From NCBI GenBank assembly GCA_040509765.1, contig JBEVKG010000284.1:1-47637 (forward strand): DNA of 47,637 nucleotides. The letters run 5' to 3'. Within the stretch, counting starts at the first letter, position 1, and each line of letters starts with the position of its first letter. This stretch comes from Xanthomonas sp. GTDB lineage: Bacteria; Pseudomonadota; Gammaproteobacteria; Xanthomonadales; Xanthomonadaceae. This document shows, in pieces, positions 39,740-47,637 of this stretch. The notes beneath the pieces were generated by a model, which saw nothing but the letters and a program-made list of their open reading frames with translations, ran no database searches and had not been told where the DNA came from. Both the position numbers and the translations under genes were made by a program.

Positions 39740-42220
39740 TCAGTCCTCGGCCTGCCGATTGACCCCGAGGAATCGCCCGGCGATCACCGCATAGCCGCTG
39801 CGCGACACCGCACTGGCGGGATCGAAGTAGGCATGCAGGGTCGGCGACAGATCCTGCGGACCCTGGGTCACCGCGAAGCGTGCATTGAGGATCCCGGCAT
39901 CCAGCGCCAGCTGCACGTAGCCGCGCAGGTTGCTCGGGATCGCCGCCACGTCCTCGATCGGCAGGCGCTGGTTGTTGTAGCTGACCGACAGCGTGCCGTC
40001 GAAGGCCAGCGCCTGCGTCTGCAGGCCCAGCGCCTGCACCAGCGAATACGCCAGTTGCAGCTTGCTGACGGCATCGTTGGGACGGAAATCGCCGGCGACC
40101 AGCCCCATCACCGCCGCCTGGTTCTGCTGCAGGTCGCGCAGCGCCCCGCCCTTGCCCACCGCCGCCTCGGCGAACGGATAGGCCGGATCGTTGCGGCCGA
40201 GTCCGCTGAAGCTGGGCGTGGCCGGCAGTGCCTGGCGCACGCCGGCGCCCATCACCAGGTAACGCGCGAGTTCCGCACGCTTGAGAGGATTCTGCGGGCG
40301 GAACAGCCCATCGGCATAGCCGTCCATCAAGCGGTTGGCGACCGCGTACTCCACCGCGCCGCGATCACGCTCGCCGCCGGCCACGTCGTTGAGGCCGGTG
40401 TAGCCGCCGCTCATCAGGAAATCCAGTGTGCCGCGCACCGTGCCGGGGGCGGCCACGCCCTTGCTGCCCTTGGGCGCCACCGGCACGCCGCCGATCGATC
40501 CGATGCCGCGCACGCTGATGGTCCAGGTGCCCGGCTTGCCCGGCGCCCCGACGCTGACCGTGCTGCCCAGCAAGGGCAGCGCGACCGGCGAGCCGTGGCT
40601 GACGCCGTCCGGATCGGTCAGCACCAGCGCCTGGGTGTTGGCGTCGATGGTGGCCTTGGCGCTGACCCAGGCGACGTCCTTGCCCACGGTGAACGTCTGG
40701 GTCTGCGGCGCACCCGCCGGCGAGAACGGCACCTCGAACGGCTGGCTGCCGCCGGGCAGCACCAGCGCATTGCTGTTGAACGGGTGCAGCGCATTGACCG
40801 TCTTGCCGAAGCCGCTGCGCTGCTTGCTCGCTTCCAACAGCGCGGCATAGGCGTTCACGTAGCCGGCCCCGGCCTCCCAGTAGGTGCGTCCGGGAATGTT
40901 GGTGGCGGTGCGTTCGAGCACATCCTTGACCTGGTCCGGGGTCAGCTCCGGATTGGCCTCCAGCAGCAGCGCGACGATGCCGGCCACGTGCGGCGTGGCC
41001 ATCGAGGTGCCGCTCATGGTGGTGTAGAACGGCAACTGCGCCGGCGCGATCAGCTTGCTGTCCTTGTCCGCGGCCAGCGGCGGCAGCGCGCCAGTGGAAT
41101 CGCGGGTGGAAATGATGTCCACGCCCGGCGCGGTGATCGTCGGCTCGTTCAGATAGGTCCAGGTCTTGCCGTCGGCCATGGTGAAGCTGCCGCTCTCGCC
41201 GCGCTTGCCGCGCGAGGAGAAGTCGGCCAGCGTGCCGTCCTTTTCGCCGGCGGCCACCGAAATCACCCACGGCGCCTGCGCGTACGGATTGTGCGTGTCC
41301 TCGTTGGGGCCGTCGTTGCCGGCGGCGAACACGCTGACGATGCCGCGCTTGTACAGCGCGTAGGTGGCGACGTTGACCGGATTCTGCGGATCGAACTTGC
41401 CGGACGAGCCCCAGGAATTGCTGGTGACGCGGATCGGATCCTTGAAGCTGAACTGGTGGGTGGCCGCATAGTCCAGGCCGCCGACCGCATCCAGGATCAG
41501 CAGCACCGCGCCGGATCCGTAGCCGACCAGGCTGGCGCCGGTGGCCACGCCGCGGTAGTCGCCGTTGGACTGCGCACCGGTGCCGCCCACCGTCCCCGCG
41601 CAATGCGTGCCATGGCCCGAGCCGAGGTCGGTGTTGGGCACGCCCTCCGCATAGGTGATCGGCAGCATCGCATCGACGTTGGCCAGGTTGGTGGTGCCCA
41701 GCACGTTCTGCACGACCCGGGTACCGTAGGCGAGATCGCGATGGGTGGCGTCGATGCCGGAGTCGTTGATCATCACCCCGACGCCGCGGCCGCTGTACGG
41801 CAGCGCGCGGCCGAAATCGCCGGGATTGCCCTGCGCGCGGTCCACGCCGGTCAGCTCGCGCGCTTCCTTGTTGAAGTAGCGCAGCGGCGCGTTGTCTGAG
41901 ATCGAGGCGACGTCGTCGCGCTGCGCCAGCGCGCGGATCTCCGCCGGCGTGGCCAGCGCGCCGGCGATCGGCAGCGTGCGCATGGTGATCCCGCGGGTGA
42001 TGCCCAGCGCGTGCAGCGCGGTGAGTTGCGAGGCCGACACCGGCCCGGACTGATCGTAGGTGATGACGATCTGCAGTGCGTCGCCTGCCGTCGCCGCGGC
42101 GAGCTTGGCCTCCAGCACCTGATCGAGATGGGCGGCGGCCAGGGCGTCGCCGCCGATGAATGCACCGCCGGCAAGGACGCTGCAGATGCCGATGGCAAGA
42201 ACGGGACGGCGAATGGACAT
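39740..42220 (-). CDS. Secreted S8 subtilase with C-terminal beta domain and three SLH-like repeats (826 aa)
   Basis: Signal MSIRRPVLAIGICSVLAGG...ALA, prodomain, triad INDSGID / GHGTHCAG / SGTSMATPHVAG, AAGNDG oxyanion; PGTWTISVRG domain; LNDV...DGYADGLFRPQNPLKRAELA SLH pattern; GGAG RBS. Confidence 0.92.
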   Translation of the reverse strand: MSIRRPVLAIGICSVLAGGAFIGGDALAAAHLDQVLEAKLAAATAGDALQIVITYDQSGPVSASQLTALHALGITRGITMRTLPIAGALATPAEIRALAQRDDVASISDNAPLRYFNKEARELTGVDRAQGNPGDFGRALPYSGRGVGVMINDSGIDATHRDLAYGTRVVQNVLGTTNLANVDAMLPITYAEGVPNTDLGSGHGTHCAGTVGGTGAQSNGDYRGVATGASLVGYGSGAVLLILDAVGGLDYAATHQFSFKDPIRVTSNSWGSSGKFDPQNPVNVATYALYKRGIVSVFAAGNDGPNEDTHNPYAQAPWVISVAAGEKDGTLADFSSRGKRGESGSFTMADGKTWTYLNEPTITAPGVDIISTRDSTGALPPLAADKDSKLIAPAQLPFYTTMSGTSMATPHVAGIVALLLEANPELTPDQVKDVLERTATNIPGRTYWEAGAGYVNAYAALLEASKQRSGFGKTVNALHPFNSNALVLPGGSQPFEVPFSPAGAPQTQTFTVGKDVAWVSAKATIDANTQALVLTDPDGVSHGSPVALPLLGSTVSVGAPGKPGTWTISVRGIGSIGGVPVAPKGSKGVAAPGTVRGTLDFLMSGGYTGLNDVAGGERDRGAVEYAVANRLMDGYADGLFRPQNPLKRAELARYLVMGAGVRQALPATPSFSGLGRNDPAYPFAEAAVGKGGALRDLQQNQAAVMGLVAGDFRPNDAVSKLQLAYSLVQALGLQTQALAFDGTLSVSYNNQRLPIEDVAAIPSNLRGYVQLALDAGILNARFAVTQGPQDLSPTLHAYFDPASAVSRSGYAVIAGRFLGVNRQAED

Positions 42221-42290
42221 TGCGGAATCTCCGGATCGTCGAAGCCCGTAGCGGGCGGTCACCGGAGCGTGCCGGGCACCCCGATGCGCG

Positions 42291-42335
42291 GCCAATCCGG
42301 CATCGCACCCAGACGGCCCGGGTGGAAACACTCAG
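42291..42335 (-). promoter_or_regulatory. Conserved upstream motif, copy 1 (long subtilase)
   Basis: gccaatccggcatcgcacccagacggcccgggtggaaacactcag aligns without gaps to 44380-44424 (35/45 by hand count). Confidence 0.6.
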
Positions 42336-42880
42336 CCTGCGGACTCGAAGACCACGGCATGGCGGCGGGCAACGGGACGGCCGCCGAGCGTGCAGGCATC
42401 TTCCGTCTTCGAAACTGCACCCCTGGCTCGGGGGAGTCAGCGCGCACCGCACGATGCCTCGGAACGCGACGCAGGATGCGGCCATCGCACCCCGCATCGG
42501 TCCGCACGCGGCGTGGCGCACCACCACCACGCTGTGTCGCCGCACATGCGTCGTGGGCCAAGGACAAAGGCCTGCTGCGGCAACGGCATGCCGGCCCGAC
42601 GCCTTGGCGCGCCATGCTGCAGAACGAAAATGCGGGACGTGCGGGGCCCTCCCGATGCCCGGACGCCATTCCGGGAGCGGTAGAACCCCGCACGCCCCAG
42701 CACGGGGGATCGCGGAAGCTGGCCGGCCACGCTGCCGAACGGCAACAGCGTGATCGAGGCAACCGCGAGGGCGTCGACGACGCCGATGATGCGGGTGGAG
42801 CGTGACGCCGTCGGCGCACGACGGCGTCCTGATTACCGTGCAAGCGCCGACACCACGGTCCGCTGCGCCTGCGGGGGATC

Positions 42881-42902
42881 GGGCGGACGTCGGCGTCCGC
42901 CC
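42881..42902. terminator. GC hairpin after the short subtilase stop (no U tract)
   Basis: gggcggacg-tcgg-cgtccgccc, 7 nt past the stop codon. Confidence 0.4.
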
Positions 42903-42909
42903 GGCCCGG

Positions 42910-44313
42910 TCACTTCTTGCTGGCTTCGCGCAGCGCCGAGTAGGCGTTGAGATAGCCCGCACCCACTTCCCAGGAGGCCCGCCCCGGCATCGGCGTGGCG
43001 GTGCGCTCGATCAGGTCCTTGACCTGATCCGGGGTGAGGTTCGGATTGGCCTCCAGCACCAGCGCCACCACACCCGCCACGTGCGGCGTGGCCATCGAGG
43101 TGCCGCTCATGGTGGTGTAGAACGGCAGCTGCGCCGGCGCGATCAGCTTGGCGTCGGTCTGCGCGGCCAGCGGCGGCAACAGGCCGGTGGAGGCGCGGGT
43201 GGAAATGATGTCCACGCCCGGTGCGGTGATGCTGGGCTGGTTGATGTGGGTCCAGCTCTTGCCGTCGGCGGTGGTGAAGGTATCGCGCTCGCCGGCCTTG
43301 CCGCGCGAGGAGAAGTCGGCCAGCGTGCCGTCGACGTTGCCGGCGGCGACCGAGATCACCCACGGTGCCTGCGCGTACGGGTTGTGGGTGTCCTCCTTGG
43401 GACCGTCGTTGCCGGCGGCGAACACGCTGACGATGCCGCGCTTGTACAGTTCGTAGGTGGCCACATTGACCGGGTCGGCCGGGTCGAACTTGCCGGACGT
43501 GCCCCAGGAGTTGCTCACGACGCGGATCGGATCCTTGAAGCTGTTCTGGTGCGCGGCCGCGTAGTCCAGGCCGCCGACCGCGTCCAGGATCAGCAGCACG
43601 CCGCTGGAGCCGTAGCCGACCAGGCTGGCGCCGGTGGCCACGCCGCGGTACTTGCCGCCGGACTGGGCGCCGTTGCCGCCGACCGTGCCGGCGCAGTGGG
43701 TGCCGTGACCGGAACCGGCGTCGGTGTTCGGCACGCCTTCCAGATAGGTGACCGGCAGCATCGAGTTCAGATTGTGCAGATTGGTGTTGGCCAGCACGTT
43801 CTGCACCACGCGGTCGCCATAGGCCAGGTCGCGGTGGGTGGCGTCGATGCCCGAGTCGTTGATCAGCACGCCGACGCCGCGGCCGGTGTACGGCACGGTG
43901 CGGCCGAAGTCGCCCGGATTGCTCTGCGCGCGGTCGACCCCGGTGGCCTGGCGCGCGTCCTGATTGAAGTAGCGCAGCGGCGCGTTGTAGTAGATCGAGG
44001 CGACGTCGTCGCGCTCGGCCAGCGCCAGGATCTCTTCGGGCGTGGCCAGCGCGCCGGCGATCGGCAGGGTCTGCATGCTGACGCCACGGGTGATGCCCAG
44101 CGCCTGCAAGGCGGTCAGCTGCGCCGCCGAGACCGGCTTGGATTGCTTGTAGGTGATGACGATCTGCAGTTCGTCGGTCAGCGGCGTGCTGGCCAGCTTG
44201 GACTCCAGCAGGCTGTCCAGATGCGCGGCGGCTTCGGCCTTGCCGCCGGCGAAGACGCCACTGGCGAGGACGGCGCAAATGCCGATGGCGAGGGCGGGAC
44301 GACGGATGGGCAT
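42910..44313 (-). CDS. Secreted S8 subtilase, short paralog (467 aa; catalytic domain only)
   Basis: Signal MPIRRPALAIGICAVLASG...AEA; intact D/H/S triad; ends just after GAGYLNAYSAL; GGAG RBS. Confidence 0.92.
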   Translation of the reverse strand: MPIRRPALAIGICAVLASGVFAGGKAEAAAHLDSLLESKLASTPLTDELQIVITYKQSKPVSAAQLTALQALGITRGVSMQTLPIAGALATPEEILALAERDDVASIYYNAPLRYFNQDARQATGVDRAQSNPGDFGRTVPYTGRGVGVLINDSGIDATHRDLAYGDRVVQNVLANTNLHNLNSMLPVTYLEGVPNTDAGSGHGTHCAGTVGGNGAQSGGKYRGVATGASLVGYGSSGVLLILDAVGGLDYAAAHQNSFKDPIRVVSNSWGTSGKFDPADPVNVATYELYKRGIVSVFAAGNDGPKEDTHNPYAQAPWVISVAAGNVDGTLADFSSRGKAGERDTFTTADGKSWTHINQPSITAPGVDIISTRASTGLLPPLAAQTDAKLIAPAQLPFYTTMSGTSMATPHVAGVVALVLEANPNLTPDQVKDLIERTATPMPGRASWEVGAGYLNAYSALREASKK

Positions 44314-44379
44314 CTGGAATCTCCGGTTGGTGGCCCGGGACGGGCGGGTGACTGCAGCCTGACGCGACGGCACGGCGGC

Positions 44380-44424
44380 GCCTATCCGGGATCGCCCCTA
44401 GCGCGCGTGGGTGGAAACACCCAG
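44380..44424 (-). promoter_or_regulatory. Conserved upstream motif, copy 2 (short subtilase / divergent operon)
   Basis: gcctatccgggatcgcccctagcgcgcgtgggtggaaacacccag; contains inverted repeat TGGGTG-gaaa-CACCCA. Confidence 0.6.
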
Positions 44425-44544
44425 GACCGCGTGCATCGCCCGTACGGAGCGGTATGATCGGGACGTAGGCCGCTGCCTCGCCGCGTCGCCGGGCGGAACG
44501 CGGGTGCGGTGCGCGGTGCCGGCACATGCAACAGGGGGTTTCAG

Positions 44545-45381
44545 ATGCACAAGATGTTCGCAAGGGTTTGCCTGCTGTTCTGCGCCGTGGCGGCGTCCGG
44601 CGGGCTCGCCGCGCAACCGCTGCCGGTGCAGGTGGACGTGAGCGGCAACGTGGCGACGGCGACGATCGGCGCCGGTCCGCACCCGCTGGCGGAACTGACG
44701 CTGGAGTTCGACAACGTCAGCGACCTCAGCCCCGGCAACCTGGGGCTGAGCGCTGAACTGCTGTCCCCGGCCCAGGTCACCGCGCTGCTGCCACGCCTGC
44801 CCAGCACGCAGGCCGGCCAGGTGCCGTCGCAACTGCCGCTGTTGATCACGGTGACCCCGCCGCCGAGCGGCGGCCTGTCGTTCCGGCGGGTCGTGCATGT
44901 GGAACTGCACACGCATGCGCTGGCCTATACCGCCGACAGCACCCTGCGCCTGTTCAAGGCGCCGGAGGGCGGCGATTTCCGCGACATCACCGACGACATC
45001 GCACCCGGCAGCGTCCGCGCCCGCGGCACCACCGGGGGCTTCTCGCAGTTCATCGTGCTCCACGACCTGCGCCCGACCGCCAACGTGGTGGCCACCAAGC
45101 TGAGCCGACTGCAGGCGCTGGTGGCGCCGTTGCCCGCCAGCGAGGCGGCGCCGCTGGCGAGCATGCTCAACAGCGTGCAGAGCGCCCTGGCCAACGCCGA
45201 CTACACCGCCGCCACGGTGGCGCTGGACGGGTTCCGCGAGCAGGTGTCGGCGCGTGCCGGCCACGGCATCGCGCAGACCTGGAACGCCGGCATGAGCGCG
45301 GGCAACCCCGCCGGCGAACTGCTGGCCGGCGCGGCGACGCTGCGCTTCTCCATCGACTACCAACGTCTCTACGCGCCTTGA
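44545..45381 (+). CDS. Secreted protein, DUF6689-like (278 aa)
   Basis: Signal MHKMFARVCLLFCAVAASGGLA-A; beta-rich core (ELHTHAL, LRLFKAPEGGDFRDIT, GSVRARGTTGGFSQF); helical C-terminus; AGGGGG RBS. Family name from memory. Confidence 0.75.
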   Translation: MHKMFARVCLLFCAVAASGGLAAQPLPVQVDVSGNVATATIGAGPHPLAELTLEFDNVSDLSPGNLGLSAELLSPAQVTALLPRLPSTQAGQVPSQLPLLITVTPPPSGGLSFRRVVHVELHTHALAYTADSTLRLFKAPEGGDFRDITDDIAPGSVRARGTTGGFSQFIVLHDLRPTANVVATKLSRLQALVAPLPASEAAPLASMLNSVQSALANADYTAATVALDGFREQVSARAGHGIAQTWNAGMSAGNPAGELLAGAATLRFSIDYQRLYAP

Positions 45382-45427
45382 GCGCTGCGGGACCGGCCAC
45401 CCGCGCCGCGACGGAGGGCACGCCGCG

Positions 45428-46273
45428 ATGCCCGCGCGCCTGACCGCCTACCTGCCCGACGCGCCGGCGCCGACGCTGCTGCTCGCCGCCGGGCAGACGC
45501 TGGCGATCGGCCGCGCCGCGGACAACGCACTGGCGCTGGAACACCCCTCGGTGTCGCGCTGGCACGCGCGGCTGCAGCCGCAGCCCGACGGCCACTGGCA
45601 CTTGCACGACCTGGGCAGCAAGAACGGCAGCTTCCGCGATGGGGTGCGCGTGGCCGCGCCGATCGCGCTGGAGACCGCCACCTGGCTGCGCTTCGGCGAC
45701 ATCTACGCCGAGTTCGCCCCGCTCAGCGCCGCCGATGCGGAACTGGCCGAGCGCCGCCAGCGCGCCCGCTGCGATCGCGCCACCGCGCTCACCCAGGGAC
45801 TCGCCCAGGTCGGCGGACTCGACGACCTGCTCGGTGCCAGCCTGGACGCGGTGGTCGAACTGGCCCAGGCCGAACGCGGCGTGCTGGTCCTGACCGACAC
45901 CCACGGCCAGCGCATCGCGGCCAGCCACGGCACCGGGCCGCGACCGCTGCAGCACGGTCTCGCCGGCAGCGAGGGCGCCCTGCAACGCGCGCTGTGCCAT
46001 GGCCAGGCCACCGTGGCCCACGATGTCGGCGGCGTGCCGTGGCTGGCCGAGCGCGCCTCGGTCTGCGCCGCTGGCCTGCGCACCGTCCTGTGCCTGCCGC
46101 TGCACGACGGCGCGCGCGTGCTCGGCGCGATCTATGCCGACAGCCGCCGTGCCGGCAGCGCCATCGGCGCACTGGACATGCAGTTGCTCGAGGCCTTCTG
46201 CGAGCGCGCCGCGCTGTGGATCGCCGCACGCCAGGCGCTGCACGACACCGGCGCGGAGCCGGGGCCGGCATGA
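45428..46273 (+). CDS. FHA-GAF domain protein
   Basis: FHA with IGR, SVSRWHA, DLGSKNGS; GAF with AERGVLVL, LRTVLCLPL, VLGAIYADS, DMQLLEAF; GGAGG RBS. Confidence 0.9.
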   Translation: MPARLTAYLPDAPAPTLLLAAGQTLAIGRAADNALALEHPSVSRWHARLQPQPDGHWHLHDLGSKNGSFRDGVRVAAPIALETATWLRFGDIYAEFAPLSAADAELAERRQRARCDRATALTQGLAQVGGLDDLLGASLDAVVELAQAERGVLVLTDTHGQRIAASHGTGPRPLQHGLAGSEGALQRALCHGQATVAHDVGGVPWLAERASVCAAGLRTVLCLPLHDGARVLGAIYADSRRAGSAIGALDMQLLEAFCERAALWIAARQALHDTGAEPGPA

Positions 46274-47637
46274 GCGACGCGGCCACCGCCACCGGCCTGT
46301 ACGCGCAGGAAAGCCTGACCCCGGGCGACGTGCTGGCCGGCCGCTTCCGCATCGAGCGCCTGCTCGGCATCGGCGGCATGGGCCTGGTGTACCTGGCCCA
46401 CGACCAGGCGCTGGGCATCGAGGTGGCGATCAAGCTGCTGCGCCCGGAACTGGCGCAGCGGCCGCAGGCGTTCGCCCGCTTCCGCCAGGAACTGCTGCTG
46501 GCGCGGCAGGTGTCCAGCCCGCACGTGGTGCGGATCCACGACCTGGCCGAACACGCCGGTCGCTGGCTGATCAGCATGGACTACGTGGAGGGCGAGTCGC
46601 TGGAGGCGCGGCTGCAGCGCGAGGAACGGCTGGACGTGGACACCGCCTTGCGCATCGCCGGCGACATCGCCCGCGGCCTGCAGGCGGCGCATGCGCGCGG
46701 CGTCGTGCACCGCGACCTCAAGCCGGCCAATATCCTGCTGCAGCGCGGCGGCGAGGCGCTGATCAGCGACTTCGGCGTGGCCTGTTCGATGGCCAGCAGC
46801 GGCCTCGGCGCGACCCTGGGCAACGTGATCGGCACGCCCGCCTACCTGTCGCCGGAACAGGCACGCGGCGATGCGCTCGACCCGCGCAGCGACCTCTACG
46901 CGCTGGGCCTGATCCTCTACGAAATGCTCGCCGGGCAGGTGCCGTTCGCCGGCGGCACCCTGTCCGAGACCCTGGCCCAGCGCATGCTGCGCGAGCCGCC
47001 GCCGGTGGACCGGCTGCGCGCGGACGTGCCCGGCTGGCTGGTGCGGCTGCTGCAGCGGCTGCTGCGCCCGCAGCCGCGCGACCGGCTGCAGCACGCCGCC
47101 GAGGTCATCGTGGCGATCGAGCGCCGGCAACTGCCGCGCGATCGCCGGCGCTGGCGCCGGCTCGGCCTGGGCCTGACCGCGACCCTGGCTGGTGCCGCCC
47201 TGCTCGGCGCCGGGGCCTGGCACTGGCATGCGCAACGCGCCAGCGCCCCGCCGCCGGTGGCGACGGTGCAACCGCTGCCGCGCCTGCTGGTCCTGCCGCT
47301 GGCCGGCGACCCGGACAGCGCCGAACCGCGCCTGGCGCTCGGCGCCTGGCTGCGCGGCAGCCTCGGCGAAACCCTGACCGTGGTCGACGACGCGCGCACC
47401 CGCCAGGCGCTGCGCCAGTACGACCCCACCGGCCAGGCGCCGCTGGACGTGGCGGCGCTGCGCAAGCTCGCCTCGGCGCAACGCGTGCTGCAGCCGAGCC
47501 TGCACCGCCAGGACACCGGCTGGCGCCTGCAGGCGCTGCTGCATCCGGTCAGCGGCGCGGTGCAGCGCAGCGATGGACCGGTCGCCGCCGATCCGGCCGC
47601 GGCCGATGCCGCCTGGCTGCCGATCGCGTCCAGGGCA
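46270..47637 (+). CDS. Transmembrane Hanks-type Ser/Thr protein kinase (5' part; runs off the right edge)
   Basis: Not in the ORF track. Manual translation from ATG 46270 (ATGA overlap): LGIGGMGLVY, VAIK, RFRQE, HRDLKPANIL, SDFGVA, GTPAYLSPEQ, SDLYALG, then RRRWRR + TM helix LGLGLTATLAGAALLGAGAW, then PRLLVLPL (TolB-N-like); frame stays open to 47637. Confidence 0.93.
   Translation, partial: MSDAATATGLYAQESLTPGDVLAGRFRIERLLGIGGMGLVYLAHDQALGIEVAIKLLRPELAQRPQAFARFRQELLLARQVSSPHVVRIHDLAEHAGRWLISMDYVEGESLEARLQREERLDVDTALRIAGDIARGLQAAHARGVVHRDLKPANILLQRGGEALISDFGVACSMASSGLGATLGNVIGTPAYLSPEQARGDALDPRSDLYALGLILYEMLAGQVPFAGGTLSETLAQRMLREPPPVDRLRADVPGWLVRLLQRLLRPQPRDRLQHAAEVIVAIERRQLPRDRRRWRRLGLGLTATLAGAALLGAGAWHWHAQRASAPPPVATVQPLPRLLVLPLAGDPDSAEPRLALGAWLRGSLGETLTVVDDARTRQALRQYDPTGQAPLDVAALRKLASAQRVLQPSLHRQDTGWRLQALLHPVSGAVQRSDGPVAADPAAADAAWLPIASRA

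Noticed and set aside
42340-42900. Small ORFs between the two subtilases
   Set aside because: No codon bias, RBS or recognisable motif; treated as intergenic
46132-47544. 470-aa minus-strand ORF
   Set aside because: Antisense shadow of the Ser/Thr kinase

Overview
GC-rich chromosomal window. The gene order (fimX-htpX-gluQ-phaB-phaR-TraB/GumN-DUF1684-mutL-amiC-tsaE-nnr-queG-xseA), GGGAATN heptamer arrays and GTAGGAGCGG-type REPs point to Xanthomonadaceae, probably Xanthomonas (inference). About 41 CDSs and one tRNA-Phe(GAA); no integrase, transposase or CRISPR seen. Most of 1-39.6 kb is housekeeping, plus two efflux modules (TetR + AcrAB-like; MarR + FUSC/DUF1656/HlyD), both without an outer-membrane channel gene. 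The strongest candidate for an undescribed system is at the right end (39.7-47.6 kb). Two tandem paralogous secreted subtilases share a conserved upstream motif, and one carries three SLH-like repeats, unusual for a Gram-negative. They are divergent from a probable operon encoding a secreted DUF6689-like protein, a stand-alone FHA-GAF protein and a transmembrane Hanks-type Ser/Thr kinase that runs off the window and is missing from the ORF track. Also notable: a D-to-A change in the MutL endonuclease motif (possible mutator allele or sequencing error), a 23-bp bidirectional leaderless promoter between nnr and queG, and several repeat families. All calls come from motif recognition by eye; no searches were run.
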